Part shown: piece after piece, positions 24,474-35,700 of the stretch
Layout of the letters: each line of letters starts with the position of its first letter
Position numbering within the stretch: position 1 is the first letter of the stretch
Source: Eutreptiella sp. 'Long Island Sound 2002'
Taxonomy: Eukaryota > Protista > Euglenida
NCBI GenBank assembly: GCA_964036045.1
Contig: OZ038378.1
Coordinates: forward strand, 66,712,001-66,776,000
Length of the DNA stretch: 64,000 nt
Reading direction: 5' to 3'
Program-made: the position numbers and the translations under genes
The notes under the pieces: generated by a model
Database searches by the model: none
Told to the model about the DNA's origin: nothing
What the model saw: the letters and a program-made list of their open reading frames with translations, nothing else

Positions 24474-25232
24474 TCAAGAACGGGCAGAGCTGGCCAAATT
24501 CTGTTTTTTGAACTTCAAAAAAAGATTTTTGAACATTCGAAATTCATATTTGTTTTCAGATTTTGCAGCAACTGCAAGCGTAACTGTCCAAATTCGGCAC
24601 GCTTGGGCTTCATTGGGTGAGGTGGCCGTCCGTGGCAAACCATCGGGAAGTAGCACAACGTCGACAAGGTCCACAAGAGTGGAAAACTCGGTATAGAGTG
24701 CACCACCAGTTGGAGCCCGGGGTGATCCTTGTACATCAACATAAAACCATCGGTCATTCCTGCTCCCCACACAAATCAAGAAACCCTCGTACTCCATCAA
24801 AAAGCAAATGCGCACGGTTGGTGGAGGAGGGGTGGTTGCAAGGCGGAACAAAGTTTCCTTGGCTTTATCCCAAGGAATCAATTGCGTGTCTTCAAAGGAG
24901 GTGAAATGCAGCAACTTCAGGACTTGGAATGATGTACAAGTGCAACTAGCACACCCGCCACCTCGTGTGATCCAAGCAGGTTCCGCCCCAATAGCAACAC
25001 AAATGGCCTCTAGGAGGGTGTACCCCATGACCGGCATAGATGTTGAAGACAATGCCGTTATCAACAACGTTGTAGAAGTCCTGTATGAGGTAGTGGCACC
25101 CAAAACGGGAAGGTCCATCACGCTAAATGGGCTCACAACGCCACTACATTGCACCCCACCAACGTCCAACACGCCCACATTGGGATTCAACATTGTTTGT
25201 GCACAAAACCAGTTAAAACGTTGCCAATTCAA
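24474..25232 (-). CDS. Second copy of the C76-like ORF
   Basis: Duplicate of 21273-22031 with a few substitutions. The frame is still open and DVQG is retained. Confidence 0.45.
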   Translation of the reverse strand: MNWQRFNWFCAQTMLNPNVGVLDVGGVQCSGVVSPFSVMDLPVLGATTSYRTSTTLLITALSSTSMPVMGYTLLEAICVAIGAEPAWITRGGGCASCTCTSFQVLKLLHFTSFEDTQLIPWDKAKETLFRLATTPPPPTVRICFLMEYEGFLICVGSRNDRWFYVDVQGSPRAPTGGALYTEFSTLVDLVDVVLLPDGLPRTATSPNEAQACRIWTVTLAVAAKSENKYEFRMFKNLFLKFKKQNLASSARS

Positions 25233-25784
25233 CGGGGGTCATAAAAAAACCTGCAGCAAGGGAACGGTATGAAGCAGTATGGCATGCAAAGGAGGGATCC
25301 CCTCCCCTCACCCTCATCTGTGCCACACCTAGTTTGCTACCTGTGCTATTGCCGAACCCTCACCTATGCCACACCTAGTTTGCTACCTGTGCTATTGCTA
25401 CTATTCCTAGAAAAACCGGAAGGTCATTTTGACCAATTTTACCCCAAGCCAAAACTCTTGGGGCCCCACGCCTAGCACCCTCGCTTTGTGGTGGCTGAAA
25501 TTTGGGCCGACAGGGATATGTAGGGGTCCAAATTTGTACCGGCGAAATAGGGAATGTTTGGGGTCCTCAAAACTTTATGTAGGCTACGCTTACACATATG
25601 AAAAAGCAACTAGTGGTGTTCTTTAGAAAAAAATTGGGGTTGCGAAAATTTTTAACACATAGGGGTGGGATATTTTTTTTCGGGCCGTACTCCCCCCAGG
25701 GGGGAGGGGTACAAAAAAACGGTGATACCGCGAATTTTTTTTGCGCCCCCCCCCCCCCCCCTGCTCGTGACCAATGTTTTTTCC

Positions 25785-26645
25785 ACCGTCCATCCAGAGT
25801 ACACATAGCAGGTCATGGGCGGGTGACACGGCTGGTTGCGGGTGTGGGATGGGTATGCCCTTCTCCTACCTCACCCTCTGCGGGGGGGGGGGGGGGGTGA
25901 CGAGCAAAATGGTGCCCGTCGCCCCGTTAGCATGGGTGTCTACGTCCACCTTAATCTCTGGAGGATGTTACAATACAATAAAAGCGCAGACATCATCCAT
26001 GAAATGTAGTGGGATGTCCATGTCTTGGAGGTCGGCAAGGACTTCCAATTCAGGTATCTTTGCTGCTTGCACCGTGTGTGTGCCACATTCTAGGTAATGT
26101 CCGTTGGGCGTTTTACGTTTCTCCCAAGGTTGCTGTGGACCAATGAGTGGAGGTCAATTAACTTCATCCGCCACAAGGCCGTAAACGTAACCTGGACTTG
26201 GAACAAGTGCTGCCACCGGCGCAAATGCCATGCTTGCAAGTCAATAGGCCGCAACAAATGGAGCTATTCCCAACGCAGAGATGTCGCAACGGATTAGCTC
26301 GTCGCCATGGACCACGCGTGAAAGTATGGAGCCATAGGCTAATGGTGGGGATGTAGACGGTGAGACTCCGCCAACCACAACAGCAAGCGGACCACACATT
26401 GTGGCTCTACGTACAACCGCGCCAGTTGTTCCTTGTGAAGGACATACATTTTATGCCGGCGGATTGGCGGGCCAAAAGCAGGGACGTACACACACTACCT
26501 CACCAAGCCTTTGCCTGTACCAATGCTTGAAAGCAAAAAAATTGCTGCTTGGACTGAGGATTTAGCACGGCTTGCAAGGCCGGCACCAAAAAAGGGGCGG
26601 CAGGGATTTCACGCAGTTCTCTCGGCAATAAGATGAGTATTAGTA
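25785..26645 (-). mobile_element. 3' fragment of LINE family (copy B, longer)
   Basis: Duplicate of 22575-23150. The extra 288 bp contains CTCTACGTACAACCGCGCCAGTTGTTCCTT, homologous to 51110-51140. Confidence 0.75.
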
Positions 26646-26724
26646 CCGGTGGCGGTGATGGCTCCCTGCGCCGCTTGAGTGGTGCTGCTACGTGCCGATG
26701 CCAGGCCATAGCATCTACCACCCA

Positions 26725-27395
26725 CATGGTGTATTGTGGTGGTTGTATGTTTCAATTGCCATCTCAGGCCCTAAATCGTGGGCGCGGTATCTTTTAATTT
26801 GTGCCGTATCCATGACGATACGGATTGGACCCCACGCTACGGGATTCCATATGTTGCCGGCCCGGGTGGCCCATATGGAGAAGCATGCATCGAAACCTAA
26901 TCATACTGCGACCGGGCAAGCTGCAAATCTTGTCAACCGCCTCCATCAGCATAAGACTCACGGGCGTGAGCCCTTCGTCATCCGGTTGGATGTTCGAAAA
27001 GTGTTTCCGTGTACAATCCATGAGATCGCCTTCTCGATCACGACCCACGGACGTCCAACCCAATTATGTTGCAGCTTTTAGCAAGGTCCAAGTCCATGCT
27101 CACACGTGCGCCAACATTCAAGGAGAGCGCACATACTTCAACTCAACATGCGGTGGCAAGGAAGGATCCCCCTGCTACCCACTGGTGTATTGTATACGAG
27201 TTGCTGCTCAAACATTTGCTCACTAATTACGCGCACACATTGGTTTACGCAGGCGATATCACCATCATTGTCGAACATTATTGTGGATTGGAACAGCTAG
27301 TCACCGACATCTCAGCTTGGCTATATCCGAATGGAATGCAGTTCAGGCCTAGCAAAACCAGAGTGTACCGCTTCAACAAACCACAATCTTGAGGC
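26725..27395 (+). mobile_element. Degenerate non-LTR RT fragment (copy B)
   Basis: Duplicate of 23230-23900. Confidence 0.85.
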
Positions 27396-27644
27396 ACTAC
27401 CTCGGGTGGCTCTCAGCACGAAACACATATCTAGTGGGGAGAGTATCGCCTAGATTTTAAGCAAGTGAAGGGCGAAAAAAAACCTCACAAGCGTTGAAAA
27501 ATTTTTGAACTGCGACCCTTGCCCCACCTCCAACTCTGTATGCAAAATTTCTACCCATGAGGGAATTGCTCTACGCTAAACCCCAAATGTAGCCCCTTGC
27601 CGCACGGACCCCAGCAATCACCCCCCGTTGCGCGTCCTCCCCCT

Positions 27645-28270
27645 TGTGCTCCGCTACGTCCACAAAGTTTCTCTCCATGCTACCTTGGCTACCATGGGAA
27701 CCGCCAGTCGTGACCAATCGCATGCCTTCAAACCCTCGGTCGACTCACGGAGCGCCGAGTTCCCACCCCCCACCCCGTCCCCCAGGCCCCCCCCTTCCGT
27801 GCATGAGTGCAGAAAACGCAAATACATATGCCGCAAGCACTTATTCAGCACAAAGCCCCTAGTTGAAAGACATGTCGATGTGATTCCAGGAGTTGTGTGG
27901 CACATTGTATGGGTTTGGGGCATTAGGAACGATGCTAGCGGCTTAGGACAGCTAGGGGCTGACCACCCGACTACACCGAGCAGTCGTTGTCCTACAATAA
28001 CCGCTAATCCGACTCTTGGTCAATGTGGGTGGGAAGTTGGTGGCGCATCCAAACTCCGTGCTGTGGTACATTTTGTGGGATTATCATGCATGGCATTGTT
28101 AACTGCATCGAATGTGGTCCTATGCAAACGAGAAAGGGCATGCATGACAAGCACAACACACAACCCCACTCCCTTACCTACCTTAGCGCGTGCTCCGTCG
28201 CCCCCACAGAAATTCAGTGAACTTCTATCGAGGCTGCCCCGGCTACCATGGGCACACATGGCCAAGCGGA
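27645..28270 (+). repeat. Two further copies of the dispersed GC-box/CCAAT module
   Basis: GTGCTCCGC...GGCTACCATGG...GTGACCAATCGCA...ACTCACGGAGCGC at 27645-27790, and GTGCTCCGT...GCTGCCCCGGCTACCATGG...TGGCCAA at 28190-28270. Confidence 0.7.
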
Positions 28271-31249
28271 GAGCCGCGTTCAAGCCCTGTGGCCTGCCAC
28301 CATTAGCCGTGCCCCCTTCCCTCCGGTCCCGTTCTGCATAATCTTCTCCACCTAGTGCCCCCTGCCCTTGGCGGCGGGTGTGCTGCGTCCCGTTTTGCCC
28401 CCTTGCTTTGTGCCTCCTCCTATCCCTTCCACCCATCTATCGTAGTTGGTGTGTTGTGTGCAACAGTGAATCAAACTGCACAGTCGTGTTCTACTCCTCC
28501 ATTCTCCTTTTCCACCTTAGGTCACCTCGGCATATGTGAAGTTGCTAGGGTTGAGCCCAAGGGGTCCTCCGCGTATTGCCTTTGGGGTGTCCTTGCATTG
28601 CCCTCTGCCTATCAAGTGCCCACTCCAATCCTTGCATACCTCTTTCTGCTTCTTTTTCCCCTTCTTTTGCTTCTTTAGCTTCTTTCTCCTCTCTGCCATG
28701 CCCTTGCATGTTTGAATCAACGCCGGCGTTGTCAATCTTTTGGATACATGGTCATTGGTGGAGGCATGTCGCTTGGCCAGTACCCGGTCTGTAATTGCAC
28801 CAATGCAGCGGCTTTATGTGCACCACGCAATGAAACTTACACACAACGGGCGTAGGCACATGCACATGCACTTTGGTAGGCTTTGCAAACGAGGAGTTCC
28901 AGAGTTGCAGACATGTTCTTGAATGTCCAAGAGGGCTTTGGCGTTGGAGTATATGGCACATTGGACACTTCAAAAATGGTGCTCAAACGGGATCCAAGTT
29001 TGGGTTTGTGCCGTTAGACCTAACATCACCTCCGAGGCTTGTATCCGTGGTACAAAGTTGTGCGCTCAACCTTGAAAATGAAGTGTTTGCCGTAGAACAC
29101 GAGTCCTCAACAACCGGTCACGTGGCGATTTTACCTTCTGAGGGGTATGGCAAGATTCTGTGTGCACCTATGGTTTACCTGGGGAATACCTGTACTTGTG
29201 AAGTAACTTTGGACCGAACTTGCACTCAAGGGGAAGTGATGGATTGTGCGTGTCTTAGTGCATGTTTTATGTCCGTGCTGCATGCTAGGCAATCGTAGTT
29301 TTTTCTACTAAGGCGGTTTACATTGCAACTTTAACGTGATGCTAACATTGGGGGATTTTTTTGCAAAAGGCGAAGTTGTCACCTCACATTCACTTCACCT
29401 CTACTTCATTTAAGGGTCATTCGAAGACAAAGGAAAATATAGTGCAACCTCACTAATGATCACGGAAAGCTCACGGAAAGCTCACTGCAAACTCATTAAA
29501 CGCGAAGGGACCGCATATTGCATAGTTCTACATCTTCGGGTCTCCGAACCCTTCGCTGGCAAACATATTCATCCTGCAATCCCACATCCCATCACCCTTT
29601 TTGTTATTAGGCCGTTTTTGCACATCATGTTGGCCGCGGGTGTCATTAGCACCGGCGATTTTAAAGTATTCGGGGCATTCGCAAACCGTTCTCGTGCCCA
29701 ATATCCTCTTAATAAAGCATGGTACATAGGCACAAATTCATAGGAGGTGGGCCGTTTAAAACGAAGGGCACAAGATTTAACCCTGTCCCACGGACGATTC
29801 CACATTCCGGTTTGCGAAAAAACCATAATGCGTGCAAACCGGATGGGACACACCAACCGAGTTTTGCACCTGGCCCACAAGAAACGCCGGGCCATCCGGT
29901 TCCGGCTTCTGATACTGGCCGGAGACGACCTCCTTCAGCAATTGGGCGCAAAGCTGGTTGGAGACAGTCCCAACCTCGTGACACACCTTATGGACACCAT
30001 TAACTTAGAGAATGGATATACGGCTGATCTTGGGGTCGTAGAGGTGAACTAGAAAAAATGGGTGCTTCAAATGCTGCCTTGTATGGTCGGCAGCATTGAG
30101 GGGCATGATGGAAGGCGTTGGGAATGTGCACGACGACACCCGTGTGGTGCTTACGCCCACAACACTGGTAGGGTGTGTATACACCCCCCCCCCGGAAAAA
30201 CTTTCTCCTCTGGCAGTTTTCTCGGGGTTTCGTTGGTAAGGTACATGAAACTGAATTCGTTCCTCCATGTGTTACGTCTTCGGCTAACAACTTTGTTACT
30301 GATGTAGGTACCGCTATCACGTCGACCACCCTCCCTCATTTGCAATTGTGAAGCAACGTAATTGGGCACCAAATGCCATATCCTGCAGGCTGCACACACT
30401 TCCTGTATTAAGGCTAAAAAAATGCGCCTTGCTACATCCCCAAGTTGTTGTCTTATGACACACCGCTATGGCGCAAAGAAGTTTTCACCAATGAGGAGTC
30501 CCTCCTCTATTGTTGCACTCTTCTCATCAAGCAAGGAAGCACCGCCGTAGGACATCTTCCGCAAGATGAAGATTTCCTTTGCCAGACTGCAACGACATGC
30601 ATCTCTATTTACAAACAACACATGTGGCAATACAAAACTTTTGTCAATAATATGTCTACTTCGGCATAGCTCATAGCACCCATACCCGGCGCGCAGGGCT
30701 GGAGTAGGTGGACTTTCATATATGTGGTGTTTTTACTCTCCTCTCCGGAATCCCTTCTAGAGACCAGTTGGTTAAAGCGTGATCATTGGTTTCAAGCTCC
30801 CCATCAACGGGGCACAACACTTCGTGCCGTTTACGATCTCTCTGCCGATCACCAACTGGCAAACAACGCCATAGTGCTTCACGTACCAATATCTTAGATT
30901 CCCTTGTCTACCATCCTAATGCGTGCTTTTGTGCCCAATGGTGTTCCACGTAACGTTTTGATAATGTGCACCACGCACACAACGCATAAAACACATAGAG
31001 CATGTAACACGCGCACAAAAACCAGCACGCCGAGAACATGCCTCCACAGGCAGGGTGGGGTACAACATTTCGGAACGCGCAATATACGAAGAACGTCATT
31101 GTGCACACATTCACACGGCGAGGAGGGGCCGAGTCCTCGTAGTTGGGTATCTCGCGTACGTGTTTGTCCCCAAGGGTTCGCAATAATTCCATGGGTACGG
31201 ATGGACGATGCCTCTGCCTCCATGACCGTCTCGTTTCGAGCCCCCCCCC

Positions 31250-32750
31250 TCCACGACACTACTCCGCATCTTCTTCCTCTCCCTCATCCTCCGCATCCTC
31301 CTCGTCCTACTCGTCCTCCTCGTCCTCTTCGTCCTCCTCATCCTCCTCCTCCTCCGTCTCATCCTCCTCATCGCCATGCTCGTCAACATCCTTGTCCTCC
31401 TCGTGGCCTTCGTCTTGCTCCATGTCCTGTGCATCTTGTTTGTGGTCTACCTGCACACCCGTGTGCCGGCGCAAGGCACAACACGTCAAAGGCATTTCCA
31501 CAACCGGTACCTTCGTACACAATTTTTCCCACCTTGTATAAATGGCACACGTGTTGCCGTTGCGTTGCCACCGGCACATGCACCTCTTGCCGCAGGGGTT
31601 GGGCATAGTACCACCGCGGCATCATTAGCTACCGCCACTCCATATACCAATGGTCTCTGTGCAAAGTCCAATTTGCCGGCGAATTGCGAACGCGTTCGTA
31701 ACAGCGTCCGGAGCACAAATGCACGCAGCGCGTGGCCCCATGCCATATGGCAGCCAACTTGCCTCATGTGCAGGCCCATCTAGTTCACACAATCAACTCC
31801 GCGCAACAATGTGCGGTATGCCGACACCGCTTGCACTTTCCGACTGCTGCGCAACTGAGGTGGTCCATTTTGGCCAAACCACACATTCCTCAACATGGGG
31901 ACAACCCGGGGGGGGGGGGGGTTGTGCCCTACCTTGGGATTGTTGTACATGCATACACGGTACTTGAAAGTCGCAACCATGCACACGGCCATCGACCTCT
32001 TTTGCACCAGGTCCCCGGCCCACAATACAACATACATAGACCTCTTCGCCATGATGAGGACTGCCCGCTTGCTCACGGCCAATTCCTTTGCCAAACCGTG
32101 GGACCCGAAGAAGGAGTCGGCACATAGGACAGACCCCTAGTGTAGCAATGATGCCCACAACTTTGCGATGGTCTTAGCATCAAAGATCCCTGCCGCGGTT
32201 CCATTCCAGCGTAAGGTTCCCCATGCCCCCTTGTATAAGTACATGTCCAACACATACCCCCAAGTTGCATCCACTAGGTGATACAACTTCATCCGGGTTG
32301 GATGCAGCTTTCGGGGAATGAACATGTTTAAGGGCTTGGTAGGAGCCCCTTGTGGGGTGCCACGGGCTCATCCCGACAGCCCCCCCCCCCGATTTGCGAT
32401 GCGTCCGCCCACTCGCCATTGCCGTCTTCTAGTAGCGAGATCACATCCGTACATGACAACGGCTGCATCAGGTAATATTGCCGCCGCGTCAGAATATTGG
32501 CCATGTAGGGGTCGTACAATAGGCCCTTGCGGTCCCAAACCCTGTCCCCCTCCATGGACCCCACCATCCCCAGTACAATCCAAAAGGCATTACACCTAGG
32601 TACTGAGGGTGCCGGATCTGGCCTTCCATGATCCTGTAGGCTTTGTGTTCTATAGTGTCAATGGAGGCCATGCTATGGTCCCACACCTAATCCACATTGC
32701 ACCTAATGAGCCATGACTCGCCCGTTTAGACACCGTATTCGATATGGGCC
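31250..32750 (-). mobile_element. Degenerate piggyBac-superfamily transposase
   Basis: DEPVAPHKG, MFIPRKLHPTRMKLYHLVD, VSAYRTLLRGVDCVN*M and WGHALRAFVL match piggyBac DDD-core motifs (DE..KG, YIPxKPxKxGxK, YNxxMGGVDxxDQ, W...LF). A frameshifted C-terminal Cys-rich domain follows, then a D/E tract. TIRs were not found. Confidence 0.85.
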
Positions 32751-35700
32751 GTCGGCCATTGTCAGCCGTGCGGTGCTGGTGCTTGGCCCGCTGCCATGGT
32801 AGGGTGTGTTGTGCTGGTGCTGGGCCCGCGGCCATGGTGGGGCGTGTTGCGCTAGTGCTTGGCCCGCCGCCATTGTCCGGTGCGCTGTGCTACTGCTGGG
32901 TCCGCCGCCATGGTCAAGTGTGCTTTCTTGGCGTGTGGCCTGCTGCCGTGGTTGTGCATGGTGTGCTGGTGCTTGTCGTGGGTTGTCGTCGCGTCAGCTG
33001 TCTCGTGGTCTGCAAGTTTGGGTTTGGGTTCGTTGTGTTGTCGCCGGCTCTACGCTCACGTGGTTTTGTTGGTTTGCCATCGTCTTCGCCGCTATATGGT
33101 CGCCTTGTTCGGTGCCGGGTGTGTGTGGTCGTTGTCGGGGGTTTGGGTTGGGTTGCGTTTGTGCTGGTTGCCTTGGGCCTGGACGCGGGGGCTGGCCTCC
33201 GGAGCGCATGCGGTGCACCGCCTCTTTGTCTTGGCCAGGACGGACGGGCCGGCCTCCCGAGTGCGTGTGGTGTGCCACCCCTCTGTCCTAGCTGCTACGG
33301 ACAGGCCAGCCTCCCGAGCGCATGCGGTCCGCCACCCCTTGGTGGTCTTGCTGGCTGTGCTTTGTGCTGTGCCGCACAATCCTTCCTCGGAAGCCTACGG
33401 TCGCAGAGCGGTGGTTGAAATTTCGGTGGCATTCGGAAAAAAGACCATTTGTCTTTGTACAACATGCGAGACACCAGCAGTGTTTCCACAGGCATATGCA
33501 AAGGCAGCAAAAGCGCAACACCTAGATTGTGTAACACCTCGAGAACGCGCAACGCAACCTCTAGAGGCGGTAGCAAAATTGCTCAAGCAGACCTTGTAGA
33601 AAATGAAAAACACGCACGAGAAGTTTTGCAGGGGGTTGGGTGTGTTGATGGCTGAAAATGGGCTGTGGGTAGAGCCATGGGGACCAACTGGAGCGCCAAC
33701 ACAAACAGTGGTTGCATATGTAATACTCAGTACGGTGGCCGTGAGCTGTGCACAGCAGTTTGAGCAAGGCAGCGGTCTCAGCAGCCACCACTCATGTGAA
33801 CTGCCAAAAATGATTCACAAACCCCCATCCGTTCGGGACAAAGTAATAAAAACGCGAACAGTGCCCACTAGTCCCCCACCGCAAGCAGCAACTGCGGTTG
33901 CCATCGCTGTGGGGTTGGTTCTGAGCATGCACGCTGCGGAAGTGACAATGTCGTCAAAAAAACAAGGGGGCTTGGGAGGCCTGTCAATTGCGTGCCTCAT
34001 CGGTGTCGGGCCACTCATCCTCGTCAGCATCTCCATTGCGAAACTTGTGTTTGAAAATAAGCTCCTCGGGCTGTTCCAACTGAAGTCGGATTGGTTTGTT
34101 GCATCTGCACTATCTCGTCCACGTCATCAGGCATCTCCCCTCCCCACGTCGCCGCTTCTGTATCCTCCAAGGCCTGCTGTTCCATCTCCGCATCACTCTT
34201 CACCAGCCCACCGCTCACCATGTTGCTTCTGTTGCTGCTCCTCTACCGGATTCTCGTCTGTGTTCGGCTCCTCTAGCTCTAGTGGATCCTTTGGCTGCGG
34301 CGCCTCTAACCCCCCCACCTCGGTCTTGATTCGTGCCTGCAGCACGAGCAAAACGCGTGGCACAAGCTATTAATCTGCAGGGGCGAGCACAAAGGCACAA
34401 CAAATAAAAGGAATAGAATGCGCAAAACGAGGAAAACACGTGCACGCCATCCATAGGCACCACCCGAGGCAACACAAAAAAATCCTAGGACGCAGAATAC
34501 GATGCACAGGCACCTGTGCACCTTCCATGGTGAGGTCCCGGCTCCGGCATGTCATTGCCGCTCACTGCGGCAGTGGCTCGCCCTTCGATGCCTACAACAT
34601 CGGTGGTGGCGGTGGTAGGGGCTGCGGTAGTGGTGGCGGCAGTGGCACAGACGCGTTTGTAGAAGGCTGATGCGTAGGTGCGAATATGTGGGTGGCAGCG
34701 GGTACATTGGCCGCCGAAAATTGTAGGGGTCGGACCCGTGGGGAGGGGGGGGGGCACCATGAGCTCAAAGGCATCGGTTCCGGATCCGTATTCATCGGCC
34801 GGTGGTCGTATGGCGCACACACCAGATACAGCTGGGGCCACTCGTACCTCCTTGAGTGCAAAACATACCGAGCGCTCAGAACGGCTAAAGTAATGGAATG
34901 CAGGTCCAGAAGCCTTCTCAGAATCAAATGTACCAAGCACATCACACATAGAACGCGCAAAATAGACGAGAAACGACTGGAGAGGCAAACGAAAAGACCC
35001 CTACCATAGGCCCCATAATAAAAATGCACACTCGCGGCCTTTTCACACAGTTGGTTCCGATGAGTGTCCACGCACCTGTCAAAGGCATTTCGTCTCCTCG
35101 GGCATATGTGAGGGTGTACCCCGTTAGGCCGACCATGCGGACGTTGCACGACAATTTCTCCTGTAAAGAGAATTGAAAAGAACTTGCTATAAAGGAAGGC
35201 AGCCCCAGAGGCAACGGCGACGCGCGACGTGGGGCACGCGTAAGACGCACCGAACACGCGAAAGACGCGGGACGGTAGATTGGAGGTTTGAAAAAAGCAG
35301 CACATAATACATGTAGTATACCAAGAGAACGTCAGTGTCCTTGTCGACAATGTCCTCTACATTGAAGGCACTCAATTGTTTTGGGTTGCGAAGCGCGCGG
35401 CATCCTACAGGCTCCCTCTTGACTTTCGACAATGATATGCTTCTGGCCGAGTGGTCAGCAAAATCCGAAGGGCGGTCGGTGCTTCCCACACAATTTGTGC
35501 AAGTGTCCACCCCCTTGATCAACCCGGTTGCGACCTAGCGAGGTGTGCTTTTGCGGTACCTCTCTTCAAACAATTCTCTTGCAGCGGCGCTGCTTTGAGC
35601 ATTCTTGCTGCCACCGCGAAGGATTATTTGGACACTGTATGCGCGCACATTAGCCACCAGAAGCAGTGGCGGTCCCAGTTCACCACGACCCTGCGTGTCC

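Larger units (their letters stand above)
20709..27409. repeat. Recent tandem segmental duplication (copy A 20709-23909, copy B 23910-27409)
   Basis: Near-identical sequence at offset 3201. GGTGG microhomology occurs at 20709, 23910 and 27405. Copy B carries an extra 288 bp at about 26359-26646. Confidence 0.95.

Noticed and set aside
29777-29800. TTAA-CCCT as the piggyBac terminal repeat
   Set aside because: No matching inverted copy ending AGGG-TTAA was found on the other side of the transposase. An 8-mer can occur by chance.
29456-30670. Plus-strand ORF remnants as a tyrosine recombinase
   Set aside because: No R...HxxR...Y catalytic pattern could be found, so they are left unassigned.
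32744-33599. Plus-strand ORFs of 160-246 aa rich in Cys/Val/Gly
   Set aside because: They overlap in several frames in GT-rich low-complexity sequence, with no recognisable motif.
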